Source: Minisyncoccia bacterium
GTDB taxonomy: Bacteria > Patescibacteriota > Minisyncoccia > Phycocordibacterales > UBA918
DNA length: 45,036 nt
Reading direction: 5' to 3'
Assembly: GCA_041752975.1 (NCBI GenBank)
Contig: JBGSVK010000088.1
Coordinates: forward strand, 1-45,036
Shown: one piece after another, positions 21,834-29,936 of the stretch
Position numbering within the stretch: position 1 is the stretch's first letter
How the letters are laid out: each line of letters begins with the position of its first letter
The notes under the pieces: model-generated
Databases searched by the model: none
Told to the model about the DNA's origin: nothing
Seen by the model: the letters and a program-made list of their open reading frames with translations, nothing else
Program-made: the position numbers and the translations under genes

Positions 21834-23533
21834 AAATAAATATTATTAATTTAATCCTGACTTCTCTAACGATTTTTTTTTCAATTTGCGTACATTTAGT
21901 ACGGTTCTTACAAAAGAACCGTTTTATGTATAATCCCATCTCCAAGGGCAATTTCTTAAGACGAACAGGAGTTGCTCTGTTTATGGTCGGCTTGTTTTTG
22001 GTGCCCAACATAATTTGGGCACAAATTGAGAGTGGTGACTTTACTATCAGCGCTCAAATTGTTAATGACTTAGTTCCTCCCACTACTCCAACAATGTTAT
22101 CGGTCGTGCCTATTGCGTATGATCAGATTGATGTCACTTGGAGTGCATCAACTGATAACTTTTTATTAGGTGGTTATGTATTATTGAGAGACGGAAATCC
22201 GGTCGCCACTACGACATTGACAACTTATCTAGATACTGGACTTACGGCTTCAACCACATATTCTTATGAGGTCTATGCGTTTGATGTTTTTTATAACTTA
22301 TCTACGACTTCAAATTCATTATCTACCACAACCCCTAATCCACCACCAGCAACACCAACACCAACTTCAACTTCACAAACAAATACCGCTACTCGGGTTT
22401 TAGCCTTGCAAGATTTAAGTATTGAGACTGAGATTAATACGGCGGTATTTTCTTGGCAAACAAATAATCGATCACGATTTGTTCTGCGGTGGGGTAGAAA
22501 TGATGCTTATGACGAAGGTTACATAATGAACGACGCTTATAGAACTAGTCATCAGACATTAGTTGGAGAATTGGAACCAGGCACTATTTATCTCTATGAA
22601 TTAATCGGTTATGGCACGAACGGAATTCCGATTACTCTAAAGAAAGGTCAGTTTAAAACTAAAGATAGTATAAGTCAGTCTCCTTCTAACGTTCAAAATT
22701 TACAAGTAATAGTTCAGGAAAATGATATTACTTTGAGTTGGGAAAAACCAATTGGTTTTGAAGGTTCAACCATTAGAGTGGTGAGAAGTCATCTTGGTTA
22801 TCCTTCAGATCCTTACGATGGTGCAATTGTTTACGAAGGCAAAGGTAATTCTTTTTACGATAAAAGTTCGCTAGAGGTTTATGGTAAACAATATTACACA
22901 GTCTTTGTTTATGCAGATGACGGCGCCGTTTCTTCTGGTGCTGTGGTTAGAGCTGGTCGTAAGTATGTAGCTACAGCTACCTCTACCCCAGGAGATAATG
23001 AAGGAAATTTAGAAGAAGAGCTAATTGAAATCCCTGATTTTGGTTTTTCAGTAGAGAATATCTTGGTTAAGCAAGGAGATAGTTTTTTTGATTTTAAGAG
23101 CGAAAGAATATATCTCGATAATAGTAAATCTTTTATAATTAGCATTCCATATTCTGCACTACCTAAACACCTAAAATCTATCATCGTCACTCTACTTGAT
23201 CCGACTGATATGAATCGTAGTTATTCTTTTTTGCTTAGGATAAATAAAGACAGAACTGCGTACGAAGCAACTATTGCGCCAATAAAATTATACGGCCCGT
23301 CTCGTTTACAGATAGAGATATACGATTATGAAAGAGAGATTGTGGGTCGCTACCGAAAGCATATCGATTTCATCGCATCAGAAACAGAATTAGTTGAAGA
23401 AGTGGTTTTCCCCGATAAAATTGTGGGTATCTTCGAAAGGATTATGTCACCGCTATTTTGGATATTTATTATTATCTTATTAATTATTTTCTTACTTTAC
23501 CGTCGCTCAAAGGAGACTGAGGATAATCACTAG
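21830..23533 (+). CDS. Membrane-anchored protein with three fibronectin type III-like domains, a Pro/Thr linker and a C-terminal TM anchor
   Basis: FN3-like segments are PTTPTMLSVVPIAYDQIDVTWSAS...YSYEVYAFD, LSIETEINTAVFSWQTN...YLYELIGYG and PSNVQNLQVIVQENDITLSWEKP...YYTVFVYADD. The linker is PNPPPATPTPTSTS. The C-terminal TM segment is LFWIFIIILLIIFLLYRR. The start is ambiguous: ATG 21830 overlaps the upstream TGA (ATGA), while ATG 21926 gives a cleaner signal peptide (MYNPISKGNFLRRTGVALFMVGLFLVPNIIWA|Q). Confidence 0.85.
   Translation: MKINIINLILTSLTIFFSICVHLVRFLQKNRFMYNPISKGNFLRRTGVALFMVGLFLVPNIIWAQIESGDFTISAQIVNDLVPPTTPTMLSVVPIAYDQIDVTWSASTDNFLLGGYVLLRDGNPVATTTLTTYLDTGLTASTTYSYEVYAFDVFYNLSTTSNSLSTTTPNPPPATPTPTSTSQTNTATRVLALQDLSIETEINTAVFSWQTNNRSRFVLRWGRNDAYDEGYIMNDAYRTSHQTLVGELEPGTIYLYELIGYGTNGIPITLKKGQFKTKDSISQSPSNVQNLQVIVQENDITLSWEKPIGFEGSTIRVVRSHLGYPSDPYDGAIVYEGKGNSFYDKSSLEVYGKQYYTVFVYADDGAVSSGAVVRAGRKYVATATSTPGDNEGNLEEELIEIPDFGFSVENILVKQGDSFFDFKSERIYLDNSKSFIISIPYSALPKHLKSIIVTLLDPTDMNRSYSFLLRINKDRTAYEATIAPIKLYGPSRLQIEIYDYEREIVGRYRKHIDFIASETELVEEVVFPDKIVGIFERIMSPLFWIFIIILLIIFLLYRRSKETEDNH
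21901..21922 (+). promoter_or_regulatory. Perfect 9-bp stem / 4-nt loop hairpin (acggttctt acaa aagaaccgt) immediately before the alternative ATG at 21926
   Basis: Read directly. It is followed by ttt-ATG. It could be a weak attenuator between the paralogue gene and the FN3 gene, or simply lie inside the N-terminal extension if 21830 is the real start. Confidence 0.35.
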
Positions 23534-23594
23534 TGTCGATTGTTGTTTTTACCGCTATAGTAGTAGGAGTTTAGTCATAAAGTTTTAATTATCT

Positions 23595-24620
23595 ATGGTT
23601 CGTGTTGCAATTAATGGTTTTGGTCGAATAGGAAGAACATTTTTTCGCCTAGCTTATAATAACCCTGACTTTGAAGTTGTGGCGGTTAATGACTTGGGTG
23701 TTTTAGAAAACCTAGCTTATTTACTAGAGTACGATTCAGTTTATGGACGTAGTCCATTTTCTGTCGAAGCAAAAGATGGGGGACTTTTTATTCAAGGTAA
23801 GAAAGTAGCTTTTACTCAAGAGAAAGAACCAAACAAGCTTCCTTGGAAAGATTTGGCAATTGACGTAGTAGTTGAATCAACTGGCTTCTTTACAAGTTAC
23901 GAAGGCTCCAAACTTCATCTTGATGCCGGAGCTAAAAGGGTAGTGGTATCTGCTCCAGTCAAGGGAGACCCATCTGCTGTGGGTGTAAATGGAGCGACCG
24001 TGTTGATGGGAGTAAATCATGAATTACTTAAGACTTGTCAGGTTTCATCAAATGCTTCTTGTACAACAAATGCCACTAGTCCCTTAGTTGCTATCTTAAA
24101 AGAAGCAATTGGGATTGATAAAGCTGTTTTGAATACTGTTCATGCTTACACAGCGTCTCAAGCCCTCGTAGACAGTCCCAACAAGAAGGATATGCGGGAA
24201 GGTAGAGCCGCTGCTCTTAACATCGTTCCTAGTACAACCGGAGCGGCAATTGCGACCACTCTCGCTCATCCTGAACTAAAAGATAAGTTTGATGGTATTG
24301 CTATGCGGGTACCAGTGCCAGTCGGTTCAATAGTCGATGTTACCTTTATCGCCAAGCGCGATACTACTGTAGAAGAAGTTAATCAAGCTCTCCTAAAAGC
24401 TTCGACTTTACCTCGTTGGAAAAATCTTTTTGCAGTTACAACCGAGCAAATTGTCTCAACAGATATTATTGGCTCAAGAGTTGGTTCAATTGCAGATTTA
24501 TCTTTCACAAAAGTTGTGGGTGGTAACTTGGTTAAAGTATTGGCTTGGTACGATAATGAAACTAGCTACACCCAGACACTCGTTGAACACGTAAAAGAAG
24601 TATCCAAGCACGTTGGTTAA
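23595..24620 (+). CDS. gap: Glyceraldehyde-3-phosphate dehydrogenase (type I)
   Basis: Contains MVRVAINGFGRIGR, the catalytic SNASCTTN motif and the C-terminal WYDNETSY. Confidence 0.95.
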   Translation: MVRVAINGFGRIGRTFFRLAYNNPDFEVVAVNDLGVLENLAYLLEYDSVYGRSPFSVEAKDGGLFIQGKKVAFTQEKEPNKLPWKDLAIDVVVESTGFFTSYEGSKLHLDAGAKRVVVSAPVKGDPSAVGVNGATVLMGVNHELLKTCQVSSNASCTTNATSPLVAILKEAIGIDKAVLNTVHAYTASQALVDSPNKKDMREGRAAALNIVPSTTGAAIATTLAHPELKDKFDGIAMRVPVPVGSIVDVTFIAKRDTTVEEVNQALLKASTLPRWKNLFAVTTEQIVSTDIIGSRVGSIADLSFTKVVGGNLVKVLAWYDNETSYTQTLVEHVKEVSKHVG

Positions 24621-24625
24621 ACAAC

Positions 24626-25114
24626 ATGTCACTATCAAGCAAAATTAAAACTATTCATCTGGCCAGTGACCATGCTGGTTTTGAGCACAAAGAAGGAGTT
24701 AGAGAATGGCTATCGAGCTTGGGTTATGACGTCGTTGATCATGGCGCAAAAGTATATGATGAAGGAGATGATTTTCCAGATTTTATTAAATTGGCGTCCG
24801 AAGCCGTAAATCAAAATCCAGAAGATTCTTGTGGAGTAATTTTTGGTGGTTCAGGACAAGGAGAAGCAATGGTTGCCAATAGTTATCCAAAAGTCAGAGC
24901 CACTGTCTATTATGGTGGTAACAAGGAAATAATTAGACTCTCAAAAGAACATAATGATGCGAATATTTTATCAATTGGAGCAAGATTTGTTTCGTTTGAT
25001 GAAACTAAGGAAGTAATATGGGATTGGCTTAATGCGAGTGTACTTGATGATGACAAATATCAACGGCGCAATCAAAAAATTCAAACCATTAATCAGGAAA
25101 TTTACCGCTTATGA
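24626..25114 (+). CDS. rpiB: Ribose-5-phosphate isomerase B (RpiB/LacA/LacB family)
   Basis: Contains IHLASDHAGFEHKE and GVIFGGSGQGEAMVANS. At 162 aa the length is typical. The TGA stop overlaps the next ATG (ATGA). Confidence 0.9.
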   Translation: MSLSSKIKTIHLASDHAGFEHKEGVREWLSSLGYDVVDHGAKVYDEGDDFPDFIKLASEAVNQNPEDSCGVIFGGSGQGEAMVANSYPKVRATVYYGGNKEIIRLSKEHNDANILSIGARFVSFDETKEVIWDWLNASVLDDDKYQRRNQKIQTINQEIYRL

Positions 25115-25758
25115 TTCCAATTGTTCCAGCCATAATTCCAAAGTCCTCTCACCATCTAGTAGATACTTTGAGTCGATTAACTTTTTCTCCTGAGATACAT
25201 GTTGATGTAGTTGATGGAAAATTTGTACCTTTCACTTCGTGGCCATATGAGCCAAAAGGGGAACCAATTGAAGTCCGTAAAACAACTGACAAGTTTACAC
25301 TGGAGGTTGACCTAATGGTAGAAAATCCGCTTGTATCTGCTGATGCATGGCTAATGTCTGGTGCTGATATGTTGGTCTTTCATGTTGAGACTATTAACTT
25401 AGATGCTTTTGCGAGGTTTGTTGATTCAACAAGAATCTCTATTGGAGTCTGTGCTCTAAATGACACACCGCTTTCTGTTTTGGAACCTTATGTTGAAATA
25501 GCTGACTATATTCAACTGATGGGCATTGCCAAAATTGGTAGCCAAGGACAACCTTTTGACGAGAGGGTATTGGAAAGGATTTCTGAACTAAAAATAAAAT
25601 TCCCCAGACACCCGATAACAATCGATGGTAGTGTTAATAAAGAGACAATCGCCAAGATAGCTAAAGCCGGTGCAGATAGATTTATTTGTGGCTCAGCAAT
25701 TGTTGGTGCCAGTGACCCTAATTTGGCCCACCTTGAACTTTCTGCATTAATTAATTAA
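25111..25758 (+). CDS. rpe: Ribulose-phosphate 3-epimerase family protein (divergent)
   Basis: Contains IHVDVVDGKFVP, LVFHVE and ITIDGSVNKETIAKIAKAGADRFICGSAIV. The length is typical of the TIM-barrel Rpe family and the gene is translationally coupled to rpiB. Confidence 0.75.
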   Translation: MIPIVPAIIPKSSHHLVDTLSRLTFSPEIHVDVVDGKFVPFTSWPYEPKGEPIEVRKTTDKFTLEVDLMVENPLVSADAWLMSGADMLVFHVETINLDAFARFVDSTRISIGVCALNDTPLSVLEPYVEIADYIQLMGIAKIGSQGQPFDERVLERISELKIKFPRHPITIDGSVNKETIAKIAKAGADRFICGSAIVGASDPNLAHLELSALIN

Positions 25759-25927
25759 CTGAAGTTCTACCTACAATACTTTTGCGACAGGGTTTTAGCT
25801 TTTGTTATTTTTATTTGGATAGTTACAAAAGTATTATGGAGAATTTTGTAGCTCAATAAATTTTAATTATGGGGATGAAGCAACTACAATCTCTTCGGTA
25901 CTGCTGATATACTATAGTCGATTCAAT

Positions 25928-26824
25928 ATGCATTATTTAACCTCAAAAGAAGTAAATTTTTTAGAATTAAAGGCAAATCAAATTCGCCAAAGTATTATTG
26001 AAATGCTAGTAGCGGCTGGTAGTGGGCATACCGCTGGTCCGCTGGGAATGGCTGATATTTTTACATTACTTTACTTCAAGGTCTTGCAACATGATCCCAA
26101 GAATCCTCTATGGGCAGACCGAGATAGATTAATTCTATCCAATGGTCATATCTGTCCTGTACTGTATGCAACACTTGCTCATGCTGGTTATTTTCCAGTT
26201 GAAGAATTACTGACACTTAGAAAATTTGGTTCAAGATTACAAGGACATCCGCATCGAACAGCTTTGCCAGGATTGGAAACTAGTTCAGGTCCGCTTGGTT
26301 CAGGACTTTCTCAGGCGGTAGGTATGGCCTTGGCGGAAAGAATAGATAATCCATATTCTTCAAAATACATCTATTGTTTAACTGGAGATGGTGAATTAAA
26401 CGAGGGTCAGATTTGGGAGGCAGCACTACAGGCCGGAAAGGAAAAATTGCATAATTTAATAATGATTATTGATCGTAACGGGATTCAGATTGATGGCTAT
26501 ACTAAAGACGTGATGCCACTTGAACCTTTGGCAGAAAAATTTGAAGCCTTTAATTTTGATGTTCAAGAAGTAGATGGTCACAATATCCGCGCCATGAATG
26601 ATGCTATTGGTAAGGCACAAGCTGTCTATAGCCAGCCTTCAGTAATTATTGCGCATACAATTGCTTCTAAAGGTGTCGATGTTTTTGAAAGAGATTTTAG
26701 GTGGCACGGTAATCCTCCAGGGAAAGGTCCTGAGGACAAAGTTCCTAAGACTAAGCAAGCTGAAGTGGCGCTTGAAAAACTTCGTACCTTGGCCGGCTTA
26801 ATCGCTAAAGAAGATTTATCTTAG
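25928..26824 (+). CDS. Transketolase, N-terminal (TPP-binding) subunit of a split enzyme
   Basis: Contains GSGHTAGPLGMADIF, DRDRLILSNGH and GDGELNEGQIWEA. Confidence 0.92.
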   Translation: MHYLTSKEVNFLELKANQIRQSIIEMLVAAGSGHTAGPLGMADIFTLLYFKVLQHDPKNPLWADRDRLILSNGHICPVLYATLAHAGYFPVEELLTLRKFGSRLQGHPHRTALPGLETSSGPLGSGLSQAVGMALAERIDNPYSSKYIYCLTGDGELNEGQIWEAALQAGKEKLHNLIMIIDRNGIQIDGYTKDVMPLEPLAEKFEAFNFDVQEVDGHNIRAMNDAIGKAQAVYSQPSVIIAHTIASKGVDVFERDFRWHGNPPGKGPEDKVPKTKQAEVALEKLRTLAGLIAKEDLS

Positions 26825-26845
26825 TAAAATGACAAACTTCTAATT

Positions 26846-27835
26846 ATGTTAGCACCACACCTCGACAAAAAATTTGATACTAAAGAAATGGCTAGTTTGC
26901 CGAGCCGTAATGGGTACGGTGAAGGTTTACTAGAAGCCGCTAAAAGAGACGTTAACGTGGTGGCACTTTCTGCTGACCTGACTGAGTCAACTAGAACACT
27001 GCCTTTTGCAGAAGCTTATCCAGATAGATTTGTGCAAGTTGGTATAACTGAACAAAACATGGCTAGTGTGGCATCTGGGATGTCTGCTATGGGCAAAGTA
27101 CCTTTTATTGCTTCATATGCGATGTTTTCTCCTGGAAGAAACTGGGAGCAGATACGCACAACAATTGCTTATAACGAAAGTAATGTGAAAGTAATTGGTG
27201 CACATGCTGGAGTGTCAGTTGGTCCTGATGGAGCAACACATCAAGCAATTGAAGATATTGCTTTAATGCGAGTAATTCCCAACATGATTGTGATTGCTCC
27301 GGCAGATGTCCATGAAGCGCGAAAAGCTACTCTCGCCGCAGCTAAATATGAGGGACCTGTCTATATTAGAGTTGGTCGCAGTAATACTCCGGTGGTAACT
27401 ACACCAGAGTCTCCGTTCGAGATAGGTAAAGCTGTCGTGATGTATGAAAAAAATAGTAAACATGAGAAATCAGTTGGTATTGTAGTGACTGGTACCTTGC
27501 TCTTTAACGCCCTCAAAGCAGCACAGACTTTGGAAGAGAAGGGAATTGGCGCAACCGTCTTGCATATGCCGACAATTAAACCACTTGACGCAGAAGCTCT
27601 ACTAAAGTTAGCCAAAAATCATGATGGGCTAGTGACTGTAGAAGAGCATCAGAGAGCCGGCGGTCTCGGTGGAGCTGTTTGTGAGTATTTGGGCGAGGTG
27701 AGTCCAACTAAGGTTGTTCGAGTAGGAGTAGATGATTTGTTTGGTCAGTCTGGTGAACCGGAAGAATTGATAGAGTACTACGGAATGGGTATTGAAGGCA
27801 TTTTAAATGCTAGTGAAAAAGTTTTAAAGAGTTGA
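26846..27835 (+). CDS. Transketolase, C-terminal (pyrimidine-binding and C-terminal domain) subunit
   Basis: Contains RNGYGEGLLEAAK, FPDRFVQVGITEQNMASVASGMS and GPDGATHQAIEDIALMR. It ends in TGA. Confidence 0.92.
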   Translation: MLAPHLDKKFDTKEMASLPSRNGYGEGLLEAAKRDVNVVALSADLTESTRTLPFAEAYPDRFVQVGITEQNMASVASGMSAMGKVPFIASYAMFSPGRNWEQIRTTIAYNESNVKVIGAHAGVSVGPDGATHQAIEDIALMRVIPNMIVIAPADVHEARKATLAAAKYEGPVYIRVGRSNTPVVTTPESPFEIGKAVVMYEKNSKHEKSVGIVVTGTLLFNALKAAQTLEEKGIGATVLHMPTIKPLDAEALLKLAKNHDGLVTVEEHQRAGGLGGAVCEYLGEVSPTKVVRVGVDDLFGQSGEPEELIEYYGMGIEGILNASEKVLKS

Positions 27836-27850
27836 TTCGATTCAAATGAC

Positions 27851-27890
27851 AAAGGGGTACCCTTGGTAAACTACCAAGGGTACCCCTTTG
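27851..27890 (+). terminator. 18-bp-stem hairpin after the transketolase C-subunit gene
   Basis: aaaggggtacccttggta / taccaagggtaccccttt with a 3-nt loop, 16 nt after the stop. The U-tract is weak (gttgggattt). Confidence 0.6.
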
Positions 27891-27933
27891 TTGGGATTTC
27901 TTTGACATAAAACTTTAACAAAGCTTCCAAAAT

Positions 27934-27966
27934 AAAAATCCCTAGGGGAACCCTAGGGATTTTTAT
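27934..27966. terminator. Bidirectional intrinsic terminator between convergent genes
   Basis: The stem is atccctaggg / ccctagggat with loop gaa. An A-run lies on the left and a T-run on the right, so a U-tract follows the stem on either strand. It lies 12 nt beyond the stop of the minus-strand kinase gene. Confidence 0.7.
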
Positions 27967-27977
27967 TTGACTATGTA

Positions 27978-29003
27978 CTAATCAATCATCTTGGCTTTGT
28001 ATTCTTCTGGTGCTTCAGCGATAAACTTGTGCAGTTGTTCTTGTGTAAGTAGACCAGCTTGGGCTCCTACATATTGAACTACTGACATTGAATTTACTGG
28101 TCCCCAAGTCAGTGCTTCTGCTGGTGTCTTGCCCATAGCAATGGCCGCTGTAAAGGTTGATGAGAAAGAGTCTCCGGCCCCAGTACGGTCTACTGGTGGA
28201 GCAGGGTCTGGGTACATTGGCATATGCCAAGCTTGGTCATTTTCATCAACTACATACGCTCCGTGTGGGCCATCGGTTATAACCGGTAGTTTTGGTCCTA
28301 GTTCTTTAAATTTACGAAGTAGGGTTGGGACATGTTGTTCTTTTGTATTAAGAATTTCTTGGGCTTCTTCTAAGTTACAGAAAAAGATTTCGGTAACTTG
28401 ATAGAGTTCCTTTAGTGCTTCGTAACCTAGTTTAATTTGGAAAGTTCCTGGTTGGAAAACTAATTTTGTACCATTTTCTTTGACGTACTTTGCTATCTCA
28501 AAATGAAATGGTAGTCCATGTTCACCGATAGAAGAGAAGTAAAGGTAACGTGGCGGTACTTGGAAATCAGGTAGACTATATGGGAATTTTTCGTGCTTAA
28601 TCAAGATTGTTCGCTCTGGACCATAGCGCAGTACATAGTGATAATTGGTACTCTTTCCTTCAAATAATTTTATATAGTCTGTATGAACACCTTCTTGTCT
28701 AAGTGTCTCCAAACAGTCTTTGCCATTACGGTCTTGTCCTAAGCTTGCTACTAGGGCGGTTTTTAGACCTAGTCGGTGGGCTGAAACAGCGGCATTTGGA
28801 GAATTTCCAACTGCATTTACAACCACTACATCATCATAAGGAAGCTTGTTTCCAAACGGCATATGTAGGGTTTGTCTCCCTGTGTCCAAATCCTCACTTA
28901 CGTCGGCTGCGTCTTTGTTTAATTCTATAAATGCATCAATGACGATGTCACCGATGGCTACGAAATCATATTGTTCTTCTGACATATAAGTAGATTGTAC
29001 CAC
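27978..29003 (-). CDS. pfkB/ribokinase-family carbohydrate kinase
   Basis: Contains the N-terminal FVAIGDIVIDAF and the C-terminal anion-hole motif DRTGAGDSFSSTFTAAIAMG. Substrate cannot be determined from sequence. Confidence 0.85.
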   Translation of the reverse strand: MVQSTYMSEEQYDFVAIGDIVIDAFIELNKDAADVSEDLDTGRQTLHMPFGNKLPYDDVVVVNAVGNSPNAAVSAHRLGLKTALVASLGQDRNGKDCLETLRQEGVHTDYIKLFEGKSTNYHYVLRYGPERTILIKHEKFPYSLPDFQVPPRYLYFSSIGEHGLPFHFEIAKYVKENGTKLVFQPGTFQIKLGYEALKELYQVTEIFFCNLEEAQEILNTKEQHVPTLLRKFKELGPKLPVITDGPHGAYVVDENDQAWHMPMYPDPAPPVDRTGAGDSFSSTFTAAIAMGKTPAEALTWGPVNSMSVVQYVGAQAGLLTQEQLHKFIAEAPEEYKAKMID

Positions 29004-29058
29004 CCTGGGTAGCGTGCTATGGCCTGCTAATGGGGAGTAGTGCCAAGTAGACCTATTT

Positions 29059-29706
29059 ATGATATCGTTTAGTCATATGACAGTAATATTGCCAGTAGAA
29101 CTTAGAACAAAGGAAAAATCAAATAAAGGTGAGCAATCACGCGAATTTATATCAGCCGTAGTTTATGGTCCAAAATATCCAACTACACCAATTCGCCTAA
29201 ATAGAAGTGAGTTTGAAAAAACTTTTAAAATTACCGGTGAGTCAACTATTATCGAACTACAAGGACTAAAAGATCCAGTAGAAGTTTTGGTTAAAGAAGT
29301 TGTCTTTGCTCCAATCAAAGGAGGCATCATGCACGTCGATTTTTATGCTCTAGAGATGGGTAAGGAAATGACAACTGATGTACCATTACACTTTATTAAT
29401 GAAGCGCCTGCAGAAAAAATCGGTGCTGTTGTAAGTAAGGTAATGCACGAAGTAGAAATTACTTGTAAGCCAAACAATCTCCCTGCCTTTATCGAAGTGG
29501 ATTTGAGTCTACTTGTTAATACAGAAGACAAGATTCATGTCAGTGAAATAGTTTGTCCTAAGGGAGTCAAAATCAATCAAGATGCAAATGATGTAGTTGC
29601 AATTGCAGAAATTATTGCGGAGGAAGTTGAGCCAGAAGTTACTCCAATTGCAGCCGCAGATGTTCCGGTTGAAAAGAAAGGGAAGGATGAAGAAGGGGTT
29701 GTATAA
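29059..29706 (+). CDS. rplY: Ribosomal protein L25 / general stress protein Ctc (long form)
   Basis: Contains PVELRTKEKSNKGEQSR...SAVVYG, VKEVVFAPIKGGIMHVDF and an acidic C-terminal tail. ATG 29077 (MTVILPVELR) is an equally plausible start. Confidence 0.85.
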   Translation: MISFSHMTVILPVELRTKEKSNKGEQSREFISAVVYGPKYPTTPIRLNRSEFEKTFKITGESTIIELQGLKDPVEVLVKEVVFAPIKGGIMHVDFYALEMGKEMTTDVPLHFINEAPAEKIGAVVSKVMHEVEITCKPNNLPAFIEVDLSLLVNTEDKIHVSEIVCPKGVKINQDANDVVAIAEIIAEEVEPEVTPIAAADVPVEKKGKDEEGVV

Positions 29707-29936
29707 AAACCTTACGGAGATTCTAGAAACCACCAGCATAACTTTTCCTACCTGCGTCCTCGCTTCTGACATTGTCACTGCGGTAGGTTATAAAAGTCAT
29801 ACTGGTGGTTTCTTTGTGTAAAAACAGCCTTAAGGGAACCTCTTTGGTGCTGTTTTTGTTGGTGATGACTAGTTTCTTCTGATAAGTCTATAGTTATTTT
29901 TTGATAAAAAATCTTAAAATTTGTTATACTAAAGTC

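Noticed and set aside
24626-27835. An alternative genetic code with UGA recoded, as in some candidate phyla.
   Set aside because: TGA terminates rpiB, the transketolase C-subunit and the 258-aa cassette gene at positions giving normal protein lengths, and the conserved domains are complete. The standard bacterial code fits all genes.
27263-28930. Short ORFs inside the transketolase C-subunit (27263-27463 -, 27361-27615 -) and inside or opposite the kinase gene (28015-28230 -, 28129-28401 +, 28703-28930 +).
   Set aside because: They are embedded in or antisense to genes with strong family motifs and have no independent evidence.
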